A stretch of 63,127 nucleotides of DNA, counting the filler, from Choristocarpus tenellus KU-1152 (Eukaryota; Protista; Phaeophyceae): assembly GCA_964200185.2 (NCBI GenBank). It is 11 parts of 11 records of this genome, joined end to end, with 100 filler letters (N's around TTAATTAATTAA, not from the genome) between each part and the next. Parts side by side here need not be neighbours in the genome. Positions count along the whole stretch, not along the records: positions 9,181 to 23,508 come from CAXNAD020001225.1; positions 23,609 to 30,135 come from CAXNAD020007934.1; 9 more parts are not named here. One strand, 5' to 3'. Shown piece by piece: positions 13,601-26,484 of the stretch. The first letter of the stretch is position 1; the number at the start of each line of letters is the position of its first letter. The translations under genes and the position numbers were made by a program. Under the pieces are notes generated by a model. That model was given only the letters and a program-made list of their open reading frames with translations, made no database searches and was not told the DNA's origin.

Positions 13601-16600
13601 ACGCTTCATTTGGTCCTATTTTTCACAAGAAATCCAATGGTAACCACTCCGCACAGCTCCTTCCTCCTAACAAAGATGGTTGCATAATCAAGAAGATTTG
13701 CCCCAGATACCACCTAGATGCATTTATTATGGACAAAGATTTCCACTTTTTCTAACGGGGTTGAGTTTTATTCTTGAGTACTCGAGATACTGATCCTTGG
13801 GGTTGAGTTTTGGGATGTCCACTACTGATGAGATTGCCCATTGTATGATAAAGCTATGTCTGATTGAAGAGTTTGACCTGCTGGCCAGCTTTGATATGAA
13901 TTCGCCAAGAACCGATATTCTTGAGGTTTTCCACTCCACTGGACCTTCATTTGCTGCATTGCTACCAGAGATCATTTACTATCCAACCAGGCATGCCTTA
14001 TTGGGCACACAAAATTGTGGTAAAGTAGTTCTGGAGCGTTGTTGTGCAATGACCCCAATTGATTGATTATGGAGCAATCGTTGCATGTGCTGTGGGTGTG
14101 AATTCCTGCTAGTGTCTTGCCACCATTCTTTTCAGCTGAAATTTTGCAATCTCACCATTCTGTGTCTCACCATTCTGTGTCTCACCATTCTGTGTGCCTT
14201 GGCAAAAGCCCTTGATCTTATTTTGTACACTCATCTTATGCACACAGAACTCACCTGGGTATATTGTAAGATATCTTCTGGTGAAGAGCAACTAGTAGCT
14301 GACAGCAAGACCTTTGAGGCAGTTGTTGCTTGGAGGAGAAAAGTCCAAAACACTGATGGCAGAGAGCTTGGTTGGTTGAATAGCCTCATCTCTTGATGGT
14401 TCGCATAGCACAACTAAATTTTCTCTGATAGCACAACCTTGACATCCGGTCTGCCCTCACCACTACTCAGCCCCCCCTATCCCTGAGTGTCAAGGTATAA
14501 TTTTTGGATGCTTGTACAAAATCACAAAATGGTGGAAGAACTAGGCTTGTGGAGGATGTGCTGTGCCATTGACTGTCTTTGGAATGCCTGGGGAACACCA
14601 GTTATTGCAGGCATTTAAGATTAGAGAACCAGAGAGATTGGAAACATTAGGGTACTATTGAAATCATCGTGGAAGGAAAGTATCTCATTTAGCTGCCACC
14701 TTCCCTAGGTACTGATAACCACCGTCTAGTCTTAAATTTGTATACCACGGTACGGTATTGTGTATTTTACTTAGGTTCAGTTACATTGGTGAGGAATTGT
14801 TAGGTCATTGACTGATTTTCCTTAGGTTCCTGCCATCCAAACATACTTCATTTTCATGTACTTCAGCTGATATATTTTCAATAATATACCAAGAAGTCAT
14901 TGCACTGCCTGGCACTGCAGTATGTTGCTCTTGTACAGGCATGTTGAGCAGGTACTACGTGCATTTCCTGCTGCACCAATCAACCATTGATGGTAGCTTG
15001 CTGTCGGACTCTCTCCCTTACATAGGGATTACTGATTGCTGATTGCTGTGGAGTGTCTCACTGTTGGAGCTGCTTGTCCAATGGTGTTAGCTAAAGTTGA
15101 GCCCCCCAAGACTTGCTGTTTATCCCTTTTCCTACCTCAGGTCAGCCTGAGACTACTTGTATTGGATGGGAATTTGAAGATGTCTGACTGTCCGCCTGCG
15201 ACACATGGCAAGGAGATGATGAAGGTCAGCAAATGGTGGGAGAGGCCTTGTGGTCCCCAAGATGTACTGGGACAGTTGTTGCCGAAGTACTCTGATACAT
15301 TCATTCATGCCATACACCCTTAAACGTTGTAAGAGTGGGATTACTAATGTGCATTAGTACTTGTCAACTACTTTACACATCACTCCTCTTAAGGTGCTAG
15401 AGTATTTGGTGAAGAAATTCTCATGCCACGTTTTTTGAAGGTGAAAGGGATTTTGCAAACATATAATTTTTTCCAACCATACCCACTATGCCCGAATTTT
15501 ATTTTAAATTAAGCTATCATGAAACCAAGAGAGTATATGTCACCCAACCCGTGAGGATTTTGAGCACATTGGTGCTGACGCCAGAACTGAATGTATTCCA
15601 AACGGAACAAGCAAACAATGTATGAAGTCATGGCAAAGTAGGGCCTTCCTAAGGTCATGAAGGTGACACTACTCCTCCCTCTTCTGATACCCCATCATAC
15701 ATACACTCACACATGATACATTGCTTTTGCACTTTCGTGGTGTGAATACTATATCCAAGTTTGTACTTTTTTCTTTTTTTATCCTTCAATTTTCTCCTTA
15801 AGAACATGTCTTTTTTTTTGCAAGACAAATAAAAGTACACAACACTTCCATCATCCTGCCCTACCCTTTCTTCCCTGTATCACACTCTCCTTCCCTTCAC
15901 TCTCCAGCACCTCTTTCTATGCCATCTTTGCCTGCTCTTCTTCCACATGTTATCCCTTGTCACAGTGGTTAAGTGCCAAGCGAGCTGTAGCTGAGGCTGC
16001 TATGCAGAGGGATGGACAGTTTGCTAATCATGAGATGGAGGCAGTTGTTGCTTGTGAAGGCAAAGCAGATCTCATTCGGGGTGTCACCAGGTTAAAAGTA
16101 GAGGTGAGTGGAGATTGGGTATGCTTAAAATAGATGTACACAGTATGCATTCTTTTCGTCAGTCTGCAGAATGCTTCTTTTTAGGTGAATGCGTTGTGGT
16201 TGATGGCATGATTACAGCCTAATGTGATTGTAATGGTGTCTACCTTCTACAGGTGCACTATATTTTTTTCATCTATTTTGGCATCTTCTTTTATTGGTAG
16301 TAACCTCTCACAGTGTTCTATATTCTGTGAAGAGGACGATTTGGAACAACAGTGTCATTCCTCTGAAGCATGATTTTGTTATCAAAGAAGAATCCTTTGA
16401 GTTTTGTGTATTGGACTAGTTGGTACTTTGTTTCTATCCCAACATTTGTGATAGCTAGTCTATCCACTACCTCTGTTTGAGTAAAGATGGAGTATCAGAA
16501 TGTAAGGCATGTATTTCCCTTTCTAGGGTAAAGATGTTGGATTTGTACATCCCAAGAAGCACTGGCCTGAGTTAGGATTCATAGATGCTGTTCAAGTTGC

Positions 16601-19600
16601 TGGTAAGTGTGAGAGTGAGAGGCTGCAAAGCCCTAGAGCAGGGTTATTTCAAGCAGAACTTTGTCAATCTAGAACTTGCAGTTTCACAGGAGAGATGTAG
16701 ACTCCCGTTCAACAAAATGGAAAGAAGATCGCTGTTCTAGAACCTGAATATGCCCTTTGTTATACCAAGCTATACTAGCTTGGGCAGGGTCCCAGCAGCT
16801 TATCATCTATTAATTATGTTCATAGGTTCTCTCAATTTCTGACATCACAATTGTCATGAAACCCCCCTTCACCAGGCATGCAGTATTGTAGACCTTGCTG
16901 ACGAGAGAAACTAATTGCACAAGCCTAGGTTCCTGCTCAATATTTGACGTAATGCATGACTTCACCTTTTTATAGCATTATTTGGTAACATTTCTAAGTG
17001 AAAACATTTCTTTTTTTTTATCCAGTGAAATGTTACACTCTTTCCGGGTTTGGAACACAAAACTCTTCCATCTATGTTAGTAGTAAAGACTGTAGTTTTC
17101 ATATTTTGGGCGAACCCCACCCTGATGTGTTTGTCTTTCTAGAATTCTTGATCAGGCAACCAATTAGTATAATGATCCATGCGCTAAGCAGAATGCGAAG
17201 TCTCACTTCTCTTACGGGATTATGTGAGCTGAAGCTGTGTATAAAGGTTAGGTACTCTGCCTGGTCAGAGCTAGAGCTATGCCGCATACTCCTGGTTTGT
17301 AGCATCCATTCCACAGATAATCCATCAATTGTTGTGAGGAGATAACGTATATGTACTGGTGGAAAATACTTCCTTGGATTGGCAAGAGCAGGTGCTCAGT
17401 TGAAGATCATGAATCATTTAATGCTTTTCTATTAGCTTGCAGTTCGTATACTTGTAGTTGCCATTGTGTACGTTTAGAACTAGCTTCCAAGTACCCTGTT
17501 TTTACAAGCCTTCGCAACGAGCATCTCCCAAGACAAGCTGACATATTTAGTTGATTTCTGTTGTTTATTACAGCACATAATTTTGGTTGATAGTAGTAGT
17601 AGTAGTTTTTACCTCTTAGCTCATTCAAGCTTCTGGATGTTGTCCAAAGGACACAGAACAATCCAATTATGTCTGTGGATTTCACCACTATTTGTTATAT
17701 TTATTTTTGACCTTGATACTATACAATACAATAAATGTTATATTTATTTTTGACCTTGGTACTATACAATACAAGCAGATAGTATGCTTTGGCAATCTTC
17801 TCCAGCTGTATTTTTAAAAATTAGGTTTCACAACCTGATGCATGTGGTGGAAGCCTTCACTTCTTGCCACTTGAGGTTACATATTTATTGAGGTTACATA
17901 TTTATTTTTCCTCACGATTATGGAGTTGATGAATAGTCATTAGCCAATTTGAAAGCCGATAATGTTATTTATTGTTGAGTAGTATCTCTGCAATTGCCCC
18001 AAATATTTTTTGCTTTGAATTTATTCTATCAATATATTCAGAAGTTGCTCTGAAGGCTTTGTATCTTTTATTGAACACTGAAAGATAGGGTCAAGATTTG
18101 AAAAATATCATTCCCTTTCCAACGGACATTCAATGGTTATGTGAGTTGTTGAGTGTTATTCCTATTTATTCAGAGTTTAGAAATCACAATTTGAAAATCG
18201 TGGATTCCTGTGGTGCGTTCTTGGTTGCAGACATGCCTTGGTCCTTGTCAGAGCATGCCAGGTACTTGATCTAGCACCAATCCTGAAGGTTTTATAGTGA
18301 TGGAAGGTGGAATTTAGGTGGCAAGAGGCAACTACTGTGCTTTGAGGCAACACCCACATTCATCCTAAAATATGTTCAGTGCATCTAGTGAGATGGCATG
18401 ATGACTCTAAATCCTCTGAGCCGGATGATAAGTTAGCGTTACAACGATATGTCTGAGGAATAACTCAGCAAGTGTTACTTCTGAGGGTTGGTTAAGGCCA
18501 AAATGAACTCTAGCAGGAAGTGTACTCATGACAAGACTAATTACAAGTTTGTCAGTGAGGCAGACAGCAAAGCACAGGTCCATGAAGTAGCAGGGCAAGG
18601 ACAGATCAGTTGCAGGAAAACACAGGGCAAACCTTGAGGTTGAGGAGGTAATGCGGGAGAGTGCTCACTGATCACAAGGATCAGTAGGGTCATTGCAGTG
18701 GAGTAAACTCATTATGTCCTTGAAGGAGGTGCTTGGCAGCGGTCAAAGAACTTCTTAGGATAAGTCGGCCCACATGTGTCACATCACTTAGTTTTGGACT
18801 TGATTTTCCAGGAATTGGATGTACCTTGTACCTGAAAGGTTCAAGGCAACTGAGTGTTAAGTGATCATTTTGCAGGTCTACTGAAAACCTAATCCTTGCT
18901 AGTTGTGGTGCACCAAGTGTAAGGCAAGAAGCGACATCAAGCCTAAGGTACAAGGATGAGTGTACAGCACTAGATATCCTATGTACCAGGAGATGTTGTA
19001 CCCGGTAGCAAATCGATGCGACAACCTTCCCCAAAACCCATCTTCACTCCAGGACTGGTTTAAAGGAAAAACTAGTCGGCAAGTGGCCTATCTATTGGAT
19101 CCTTGTCCTCCGACCTTTCACAATGACAGCAAGGTAGTACAAACCATTTCTCTCCTTGTTACGTTGGCTATTACAATCTGCCCCTGTGACTGCTTCCACT
19201 CTCTCATCAGTGTGAAGAAGTGTTCCTTGTTGACGATGTGCAAGGGTGTGCAAGGGTGTGCCACCACCAGAGCATGAGATGTGTTTCACGGTGTGTTCAT
19301 CTCCCCAATGAAACCTTCTTCTCATAAGTGATCAATGAATCCGCTGTTTTTTTCCATGTTGCCCATCATTGGCCCAGGCAACAACAACAGCAGGCTCCCC
19401 ACCCCAAACTGATACTTGGGTTGGCCTGACAGAGAATTGAGGTGCAAATATTCTGACCCAATTGTACCCCAACTTATTTGGTCCCAAAGAATCTATTATA
19501 TGTGATACAGTTGCTCGCTCGGGATGATAACACCACAAACGTTTCCATGGAAAATCTATTGTTCTAAGATACTGACCCTCCCAAGAGCAAGGACCAAACT

Positions 19601-21984
19601 GTTTCCCTGGAACTTGCGGTAAAGTAGGAGCTTTCAACATGTTATTTTCTACAAGGTTGGACTGAATCATAAAACCTTGCTGGGAGAGTGATTCTAACAA
19701 ATGGGCTTAGCAATGGTCCACTGATCTCGGAAGGCGACTAAGGTTGCAGTTTGTTGTGTATAGACCTGTCCAAAACACACTGGTTGATTACCTGAACGTC
19801 ACACCAGTATTATCTTCTATACTTTGGAGTAGTAGTATGTATGTTACTGCGATGCATGTGAATATTGTGCCTTTTTCCTATGGAAAATGTAGGGGAACGA
19901 CCACAAATAAAATAGATATGAAAGTATGGGAAGGAAATGGAATGCTGTGAAAATTCAAAACATCCTTTAATATGGTGAGGGTAGTTAGTGGCAGCATCAC
20001 TATCATTGTCTGCTCTTGTACTTCGAAAGTGTTAAACTGTTAATTGTTTAGTTCATGTGTCTATGCAGTAATTTTGGATTTCTTGATATATTTTAATTTG
20101 CTCTCTTTGTGTGAGTTACTTTTCTTTTAAACTTTCTTGAAGTCTGCTATCTGACGTAAGTTCATTGTTTGTTGTAAGTATTTCTAGATTGACAAATTTC
20201 AATAGACAATTTTTCCAGAGTTCCTGAGGGTTGCCGTCAAATTTCAAGTTTTTTGCTCCTGACTCACTTATTTTAGTCTCTAAAATGGTCTGATCACAGG
20301 GGCACAGCAGAAGCTTAGGGAGTGTGGCAACCAATTTCTTTTGTTGAATGATGTTGAATGATGTTACACAGTAGTAATGTACTGTAAGGTAGGATAAACT
20401 GATTGACAAGGACATACCCTATCCCTATCTAGGAACTCTAAGAACCCTTTGAGCCAGTGCACCTACAGCATACTGCTCTCAAGCTGTCTAAAGTTCTAGG
20501 TTGTTAAAATCACAACATGAATTGTCATCAACAACTGCAGTCAACAGCCTCTTAGATATTGATATTCGAATGATAACCTGGGTCAATGATTCCTGGGACA
20601 TAGTCAAGTGTGCAATGTCACTTGCCTCTTCCTCACAAAGGCAACCCTACCGTTATAGTGGAAAGTCTGTAAAAAAGAATTATACTAGAAAATTGGGCAG
20701 AGCTTTAATCCGAAAGACTGTTGATAGAGCTTAAATTGGTGAGTTGTGCATTCTTGTTATTTTAATGATAGTGAATATTTCTTTGGCATGAGTACTTCCC
20801 AGCCAAGGAACAAGACTCAGTAACCGTCATAACTCTTAATTTATAAGCCTTGTCATACTTGTGTCAAGATGGTTAATGGTAACCCTGCTACAACAGTGAT
20901 CATGCAGAACATTGAGCTGTTGGGAAAGCACTGGCTTTTCAACTGGAATAATGCTCAGGAAAACATAGTACTGACCTGCACATGATCTCACGGAGTTGGG
21001 CTGTTGTGTTGAGAGGTCCATAAGGCACTCTCTTCCTTTTCCTTTGTACCAAATAACTTTGGTCCAATGATCTCAGCAATATGATATCCCATTCTTACTC
21101 ACGTACCACATTTAGTTAACAGCTCCAACCTGTGGAAGTGATGCCAGGGCTGGGGGGGTAGAAGTCATTAGTCACATCCATCCCAGTGGCACTATGCAAC
21201 CTGAACGCAATCCCATCAATGTAAGCATTGTCTTTCGATAATCATTTCTCTCGCCTCAATCTTGACACAACCCATGGGACTGATTTCACGCCCTGCAATT
21301 TACCTTCAGGGGGAAGATGCACCTGTGGCCAAGGTGGATGTGATGTCCAGACCTGTTAGCAGGAAAAAATATCCGGAACCCCTTCCAATTGTGTTCAAAG
21401 GTTGTTCCACGTCTAGCAGCCTGAAACGTGGTGAGGGGCTTGGCATGCGGCAGCAGCGGTTACTTGTTGCTAACTACATGGCTTCAAACTCCCACCCAAA
21501 TCTCCAGGTATCTCCCACTCATATATCTGAGTATGCTAGATCATTACTAATGCTACATTGTTGTCGAAGAGCTTTTCCTCATGCTTGGTGCTTGTGAAAC
21601 CCTATGGCACAAAGAAACAATGTTGTGATAGCAATGTTCATAATGTCAGTACCATTTGTGTCTGTTCCGATTTTTTTATGTTAAGATAATTGCATTGACA
21701 TTATGATGGAAGGGGGAGCTAGTCTTTGTGATTTGTAATGGGGTTGGTGTGCCAATTGCTAAGGGCTGAATTTACCGAAAAAATTAGTGGGGCAGTAAAG
21801 AGTGAGGCGTTTCACAATATCATTGTATGCCTCCTTGACCTAAGGATATTTGGGGTGCACTTTTCGCCTTGCACTACTGCAGGAGATCCTTGGTGGAGAG
21901 ACTGAGCCACCTTACACACTCAGTTCCTTCCATGAGTTTGCATCAGTACAGCTGCTTGAGGAAAACATTGACTTCTTCTTACAG
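10616..21984 (+). CDS. Leucine-rich-repeat protein with C-terminal RGS-like domain (3' incomplete)
   Basis: Seven phase-compatible GT-AG exons: 10616-10691, 10882-11060 (LRR N-cap ALQSLYTSLGGENWRRKDGW..WHG), 12088-12235, 12538-12782 (plant-type LxxLxLxxNxLxGxIP repeats), 15141-15224, 15966-16103, 21883-21984 (EILGGETEPPYTLSSFHEFASVQLLEENIDFFLQ); 972 nt / 324 aa with no stop. Confidence 0.8.
13323..13404. repeat. 26-bp tandem repeat x3 (intronic)
   Basis: TTCCCATATTTGAAAATATATTAAAA repeated three times. Confidence 0.9.
14150..14195. repeat. 15-bp tandem repeat x3 (intronic)
   Basis: CTCACCATTCTGTGT x3. Confidence 0.9.
17090..17400 (-). mobile_element. Highly decayed Ty1/copia RNase H remnant inside the 5.8-kb LRR-RGS intron
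   Basis: Minus-strand fragments SSSSDQAEY (cf. copia VALSSxEAEY) and, after a frameshift, KHIRVGF (cf. RTKHIxVRxH); the rest of the intron also looks like decayed TE. Confidence 0.4.
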
Positions 21985-23218
21985 GTGAATGAATTGTATT
22001 TCAATAAATGTCTCCTAGCACGAGACATGAGTACTGGCTGCATATTTATTTGTGCTCGCTTGTGTCTTGCATTTGTTGCTCAATCGATCACTGAAACTCT
22101 GAGCAGACTCTATGGGCGTTGGATACAGGATATAGTTTCATTCACTTCCCTTGAAGGATTGAGTTTCGCTAAAGTAGTAATTTGCCCGTACCATTGGCAA
22201 AGACACCCAAAGTACATTGATGCCATGTCTCCATCTCGTGCAAGAATGCTGTGATTGGGCAGACCAATGCAGATACATTTCACAAATAAAATAAATTATA
22301 CTACCTCATTTTGAATTAAAATACCATATTTTTCTTCGTGTAATTATGTTCCACTAGAAGAACAAGTTGGCAGCTCCTTAGAACTCTTGTGTTCGATAAC
22401 CAGTAATTTAATGACAGGGCAGTCTTCAAGCAATAAGACTGGGTTCCCACTGATAATGACAATTAGGAAAACCACCCTCTGAAATTGGTGCCATTGGGTT
22501 GCAACAACAATAATTTCAGACAACGAAATAGTTCGCATAAAGTAGCAGTGATGTACAAGTGGGCTTTACATTGTTTGCTACTTTATGAAAGTATGCAATG
22601 GTAGTGTGTGTGTGCCATAGTTCAGTTGGGTGTTGCCAAGATTGATGAAATAAGGGATTTGACAGGGCAAATCCATCCTTGGTGTACATCCAAAACTCCT
22701 TTAGGTGCCTCTGTAAATTTTATGTCGTGTACAATAATACACTAACCTACTCAATGTTGGCATGACTCTTTGACTTGAAGGGCAACATGCAACTTCAAGC
22801 AGATCTGCAATACTGCACATCATATTACCTCAACTTAGTCAAGTGACTCATATCTATGCCCGACTCAAATGGGTTCTATTCATGTGTGATGTTGTGATTT
22901 TCAATGCATTGGCACTAAGTTATTGCATGCTGGTGGAGTTGCTCTGTGTCCAATCCAGAAGTTCAGAGAAAAATGGTAACACATCCTAATACCCAAACCT
23001 GAAAGGTTGACAAAGATTAAGTTGGCCATGATTCATGGAACTAGCTCATCAGGTCTACACACCCCTCACTAGCTCCAAGGTTAACAACCAGCAGCTACAA
23101 TAGTAATTATGCCAATCAGACCCTTACACACTAGACCCAATTTCACATGTTCTAGATTGTATACAGAAGTAATTTGTACCAGGGCCAAAGCATGTAACTC
23201 TGTATGACAGAAATTGCA

Positions 23219-23508
23219 CATGATATTTACCGTCTTCCTCTTGTCCTGAGTTTAACTGCCTTGAATATGCTTTAGCTGCATAATACTGCGCTCTTTTCTC
23301 AAAGCCTTTAGTAGGAGCTACTTGCATCTCCACTATGATTTGTACTCCGTTTTTGTCACAACAGAGCACATCAACAATGCTTTGCTTTTTATAGGCTATT
23401 TCTGCATCTTGGACTGGAGATAAGAACTCTACTCCTTCTATTTGGTCATTACCCTTTAATTCCAATATATCATTGATAAAGTGAATAAGAGTATCCTGAT
23501 GCTTTTCA
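23219..23508 (-). pseudogene. Bacterial-type Rpn family recombination-promoting nuclease / PD-(D/E)XK putative transposase, truncated fragment
   Basis: EKHQDTLIHFINDIL..KKQSIVDVLCCDKNGVQIIVEMQVAPTKGFEKRAQYYAAKAYSRQL..GKYH; intronless and AT-rich; similarity stops abruptly at ~23219 and runs off the contig end. Confidence 0.85.
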
Positions 23509-23608
23509 NNNNNNNNNNNNNNNNNNNNNNNNNNNNNNNNNNNNNNNNNNNNTTAATTAATTAANNNNNNNNNNNNNNNNNNNNNNNNNNNNNNNNNNNN
23601 NNNNNNNN

Positions 23609-24290
23609 GGTATACCTTCGGTGGAATGTGGCTCTCACATCTTAGGGTTTTAAAAAATACCAAGAACGCACTTAATGGGCCTCACACGTTTCCAATTTCA
23701 GAAACTAAGAGAACACTTCCAACTGGTACCAACTATTTATTTAAATACTAAATCTGTTTTTTGTGGTCTCTAGTATTTAAATAAACACTAGAGACCACAA
23801 AAAAGAGGATCTATGGTATTCAAGACTCGCGCGGATCTTGTTTACCGTTGAACACCCAAAACACGTGCGTTAGAGTTTTGACGAAATAATAATGATATTC
23901 TAATCTTTACATCAACAAATACGGATATAAACCACATCCTTCATTGATCCAATACGTTTGAAAGGTACGAAACGAAAAGGTCACAAAAAACTGTTACTCT
24001 CTCTCTCTCTCTTTCCAATATGAAATCGTATCCTGTTCGATATTCGTATTTTTTATAACACAATTGTCAAGGGAAAGACAAATCTGAGTTTTGAGGACCG
24101 ACAGACCAGATGAAATAAAGCAGCACCAAAGTAGTTTTGAACAAAAATATATCCCATTCAAAAAGGGCCCTTAAAAAGTGCCGCAGCATTTACAAAAAAA
24201 ACATATCGACACTTTTTCCAGGTCAATTTTGGGTCAAACCCATCCTCCATAGTATGCTCCATCCTCCATTTTCGGAATCCACTGTTAGTG
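23609..24290. mobile_element. Dispersed repeat family D (putative non-autonomous DNA transposon)
   Basis: 23780-24080 is homologous (mostly inverted) to 33655-33940; 24150-24288 matches 34190-34330; internal hairpin TTTTTTGTGGTCTCTAGT..ACTAGAGACCACAAAAAA at ~23757-23803. Confidence 0.65.
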
Positions 24291-24519
24291 GGAGGGGAAG
24301 AAAATTGACAGGAGTCAGTCCTTTGTTCATCACATATTATCGAATAGAGGGTAGGAACAGGTAATGACATTGAGAGATCTTCAACGTTTTCTCCCCTTCT
24401 AACACATATTGAAGACGAAAGAAGCGGAACAGGGATAAGTGGCTACTGACAATTGCAGGCACAACATCAGACCTGTTGGAAATGATGCCACGAGGTGTAG
24501 ATAGGTGGCAAGACACTTA

Positions 24520-25760
24520 GGTGGGGGTACGGGCACCACAGTGTACATCCAGTATGGTGAGTGCTTAAAGCATACTTTGGGTATGTAAGAGTCTTCCCCA
24601 AGATTTGATAGTTTGGTATTAGTGGCAGACAATTGACTATGTAGCACAATTTCGGAACAAGGAAACTAATAGGCAGCACTAGAGTGCCAGCATCATCACA
24701 CATAGTGCAGACATGCAAATGAAGATACATGGGAAAAGACAAGTAGAGATATAGAGTTCGGCAGAGTTCTACTTTTTCAAAAGGCAAGTATCCATGATAT
24801 GCTGAGCTTACACATAATTTCCCCATTATGTGAAATTGTAGAGCCTAATAAAATTCGGATTATTAATGACTTGACGTTTGGAGGAGGAGTTCAGGGGGAG
24901 AAATGAGGAACATAGAGGCAAACACACTTTTAGATGATGCCCTACCTCTTGAAGTGGAGGAAGAGCTTGTTCAGTTGTTGCACAGGATGTTCTATGCAGG
25001 TAAGTATAGACAAGAAGTAATGGTTTTACTGACAAAAATTGATGTAAGAGATGCGTTTAGGCTAACAGAGAGCAACTCATACGATTCTTCAAAGTTTACA
25101 TATATGTTCAAACAATATATATATTCAGTATGTAGAGGATTTCAGTCTTCAATATGGATGGTCTTACCTGGGTTGGTGGTGCTTGTTTATGCCAGCCCTT
25201 GAACAGTCACACCATCGCAATACAAAGATAATAGATCTTTGTTTTCACTCAGACACATGGGAGATTGGATCAAAAGGTTCAATTGTAAAACCACTGGAAA
25301 GCATTATTTTACCCAAGGGGGCAGCATTGAAAGTGAGAGGTTATCAAGATGGAGGACCATATTGTCCGTTTTTCGTAAGGTATTATGAGGAATGATGCTT
25401 GTGATGTGGAAATGCAAAAACACGATAGGAACAGTAAGAGATGTTTGGGAGAAGCGTGTTTTTCGTTCAGTCCCCACCATTTTAAATTTTGGCGAGGAGA
25501 AATCAACATCCCTAGGCAATTTAACAAAAATAATGACCGGATAGGGCAATACGTTAGATGGTGATGTTAGGCCTGGTTGTGGATATTTGCAAAACTACCA
25601 CCCACAAAGCTTGAAGAGAGGATAGGTGCGTATCCTTTCCATGAGAATCGGGCTCGTCTGTGGCTATCCCTGTGCGTTGTGTACGTGATGCTAAATACCG
25701 GGCGTGTCGAAAGGTAAAAAGACAACAAGACTTCCACATCGTGCAGGGTGATCAGGCGCG
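24520..25760 (+). mobile_element. Decayed DIRS/Ngaro-like retrotransposon reverse transcriptase
   Basis: Across frameshifts: DTWEKTSRDIEFGRVLLF, KIRIINDLTF, LLTKIDVRDAFR, SLQYGWSYLGWWCLFMPALEQSH, FFVRYY(xDD)..VEMQ; order and spacing fit the DIRS-type RT seen in brown algae; many stops. Confidence 0.7.
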
Positions 25761-25915
25761 TACGGCTGGAGGATGATGTGAACCGACCGCGACATGCCAT
25801 TCTCTCTGGGCCAGACTCGATACGCAAGACATTTTTTCTCTCTCCTTCTCTTTGTTTGTCCTGTCCAATATTTCCAACCTGCGCACCCAATGTATACATC
25901 CCGCGATCAACTGAG

Positions 25916-26484
25916 ACCAACATCTTCAGATTCGATGCCCTGTATTAGTTATCCTTACAACCATGTACTCACCAGCTGCCAATGGCGGTAGCACCAACAT
26001 TTTCCGATTCGATGCCCTATATTTATTTGCGTTTCCAACCGTGTACACACCAGCTGTCAGCAGTGGTAATAACAATATTTTCCGACTCGATGCCCTGTAT
26101 TTATTTGCGTTTCCAACCGTGTACACACCAGCTGTCAGCAGTGGTAATACCAACATCTTCAGATTCGATGCCTTGTATTTATTTGCGTTTCCAACCGTGT
26201 ACACACCACCTGACAGCAGTGGTAACACCAGCATCTTCAAATTCAATGCCCTGTATTCATTACCTTTATATCCGTGTACACACCAGCTGTGAAGCAGTCG
26301 TGTCACCAACATTTTCAAATCCGATGCCCTGTATTCAATACCGTTTCCACCCTGTGCACACTACCAGTCAGCAGTGGTAATACCAACATTTTCAGATTCG
26401 ATGCCCTGTATTTATGTGCGTTTCCAACCGTGTACACACCAGCTGTCAGCAGTGGTAAAAACCAGCATTTTCAGATTCGATGCT
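25916..26484. repeat. Minisatellite, ~77-78-bp unit, ~7 copies
   Basis: Unit ACCAACATYTTCAGATTCGATGCCCTGTATTTATTTGCGTTTCCAACCGTGTACACACCAGCTGTCAGCAGTGGTAAT, with substitutions and 1-bp indels. Confidence 0.9.

Noticed and set aside
13727-14413. Short ORFs as extra LRR-RGS exons
   Set aside because: Exon 12782 joins 15141 in phase and completes an LRR (LGNM-VSLRLLVLDGN); the intervening ORFs have no recognisable motif
25916-26484. CRISPR-like array or 26-aa repeat protein (ORFs on both strands)
   Set aside because: Whole units are similar with no unique spacers and no cas genes. ORFs arise because 78 is divisible by 3, and they break at 1-bp indels
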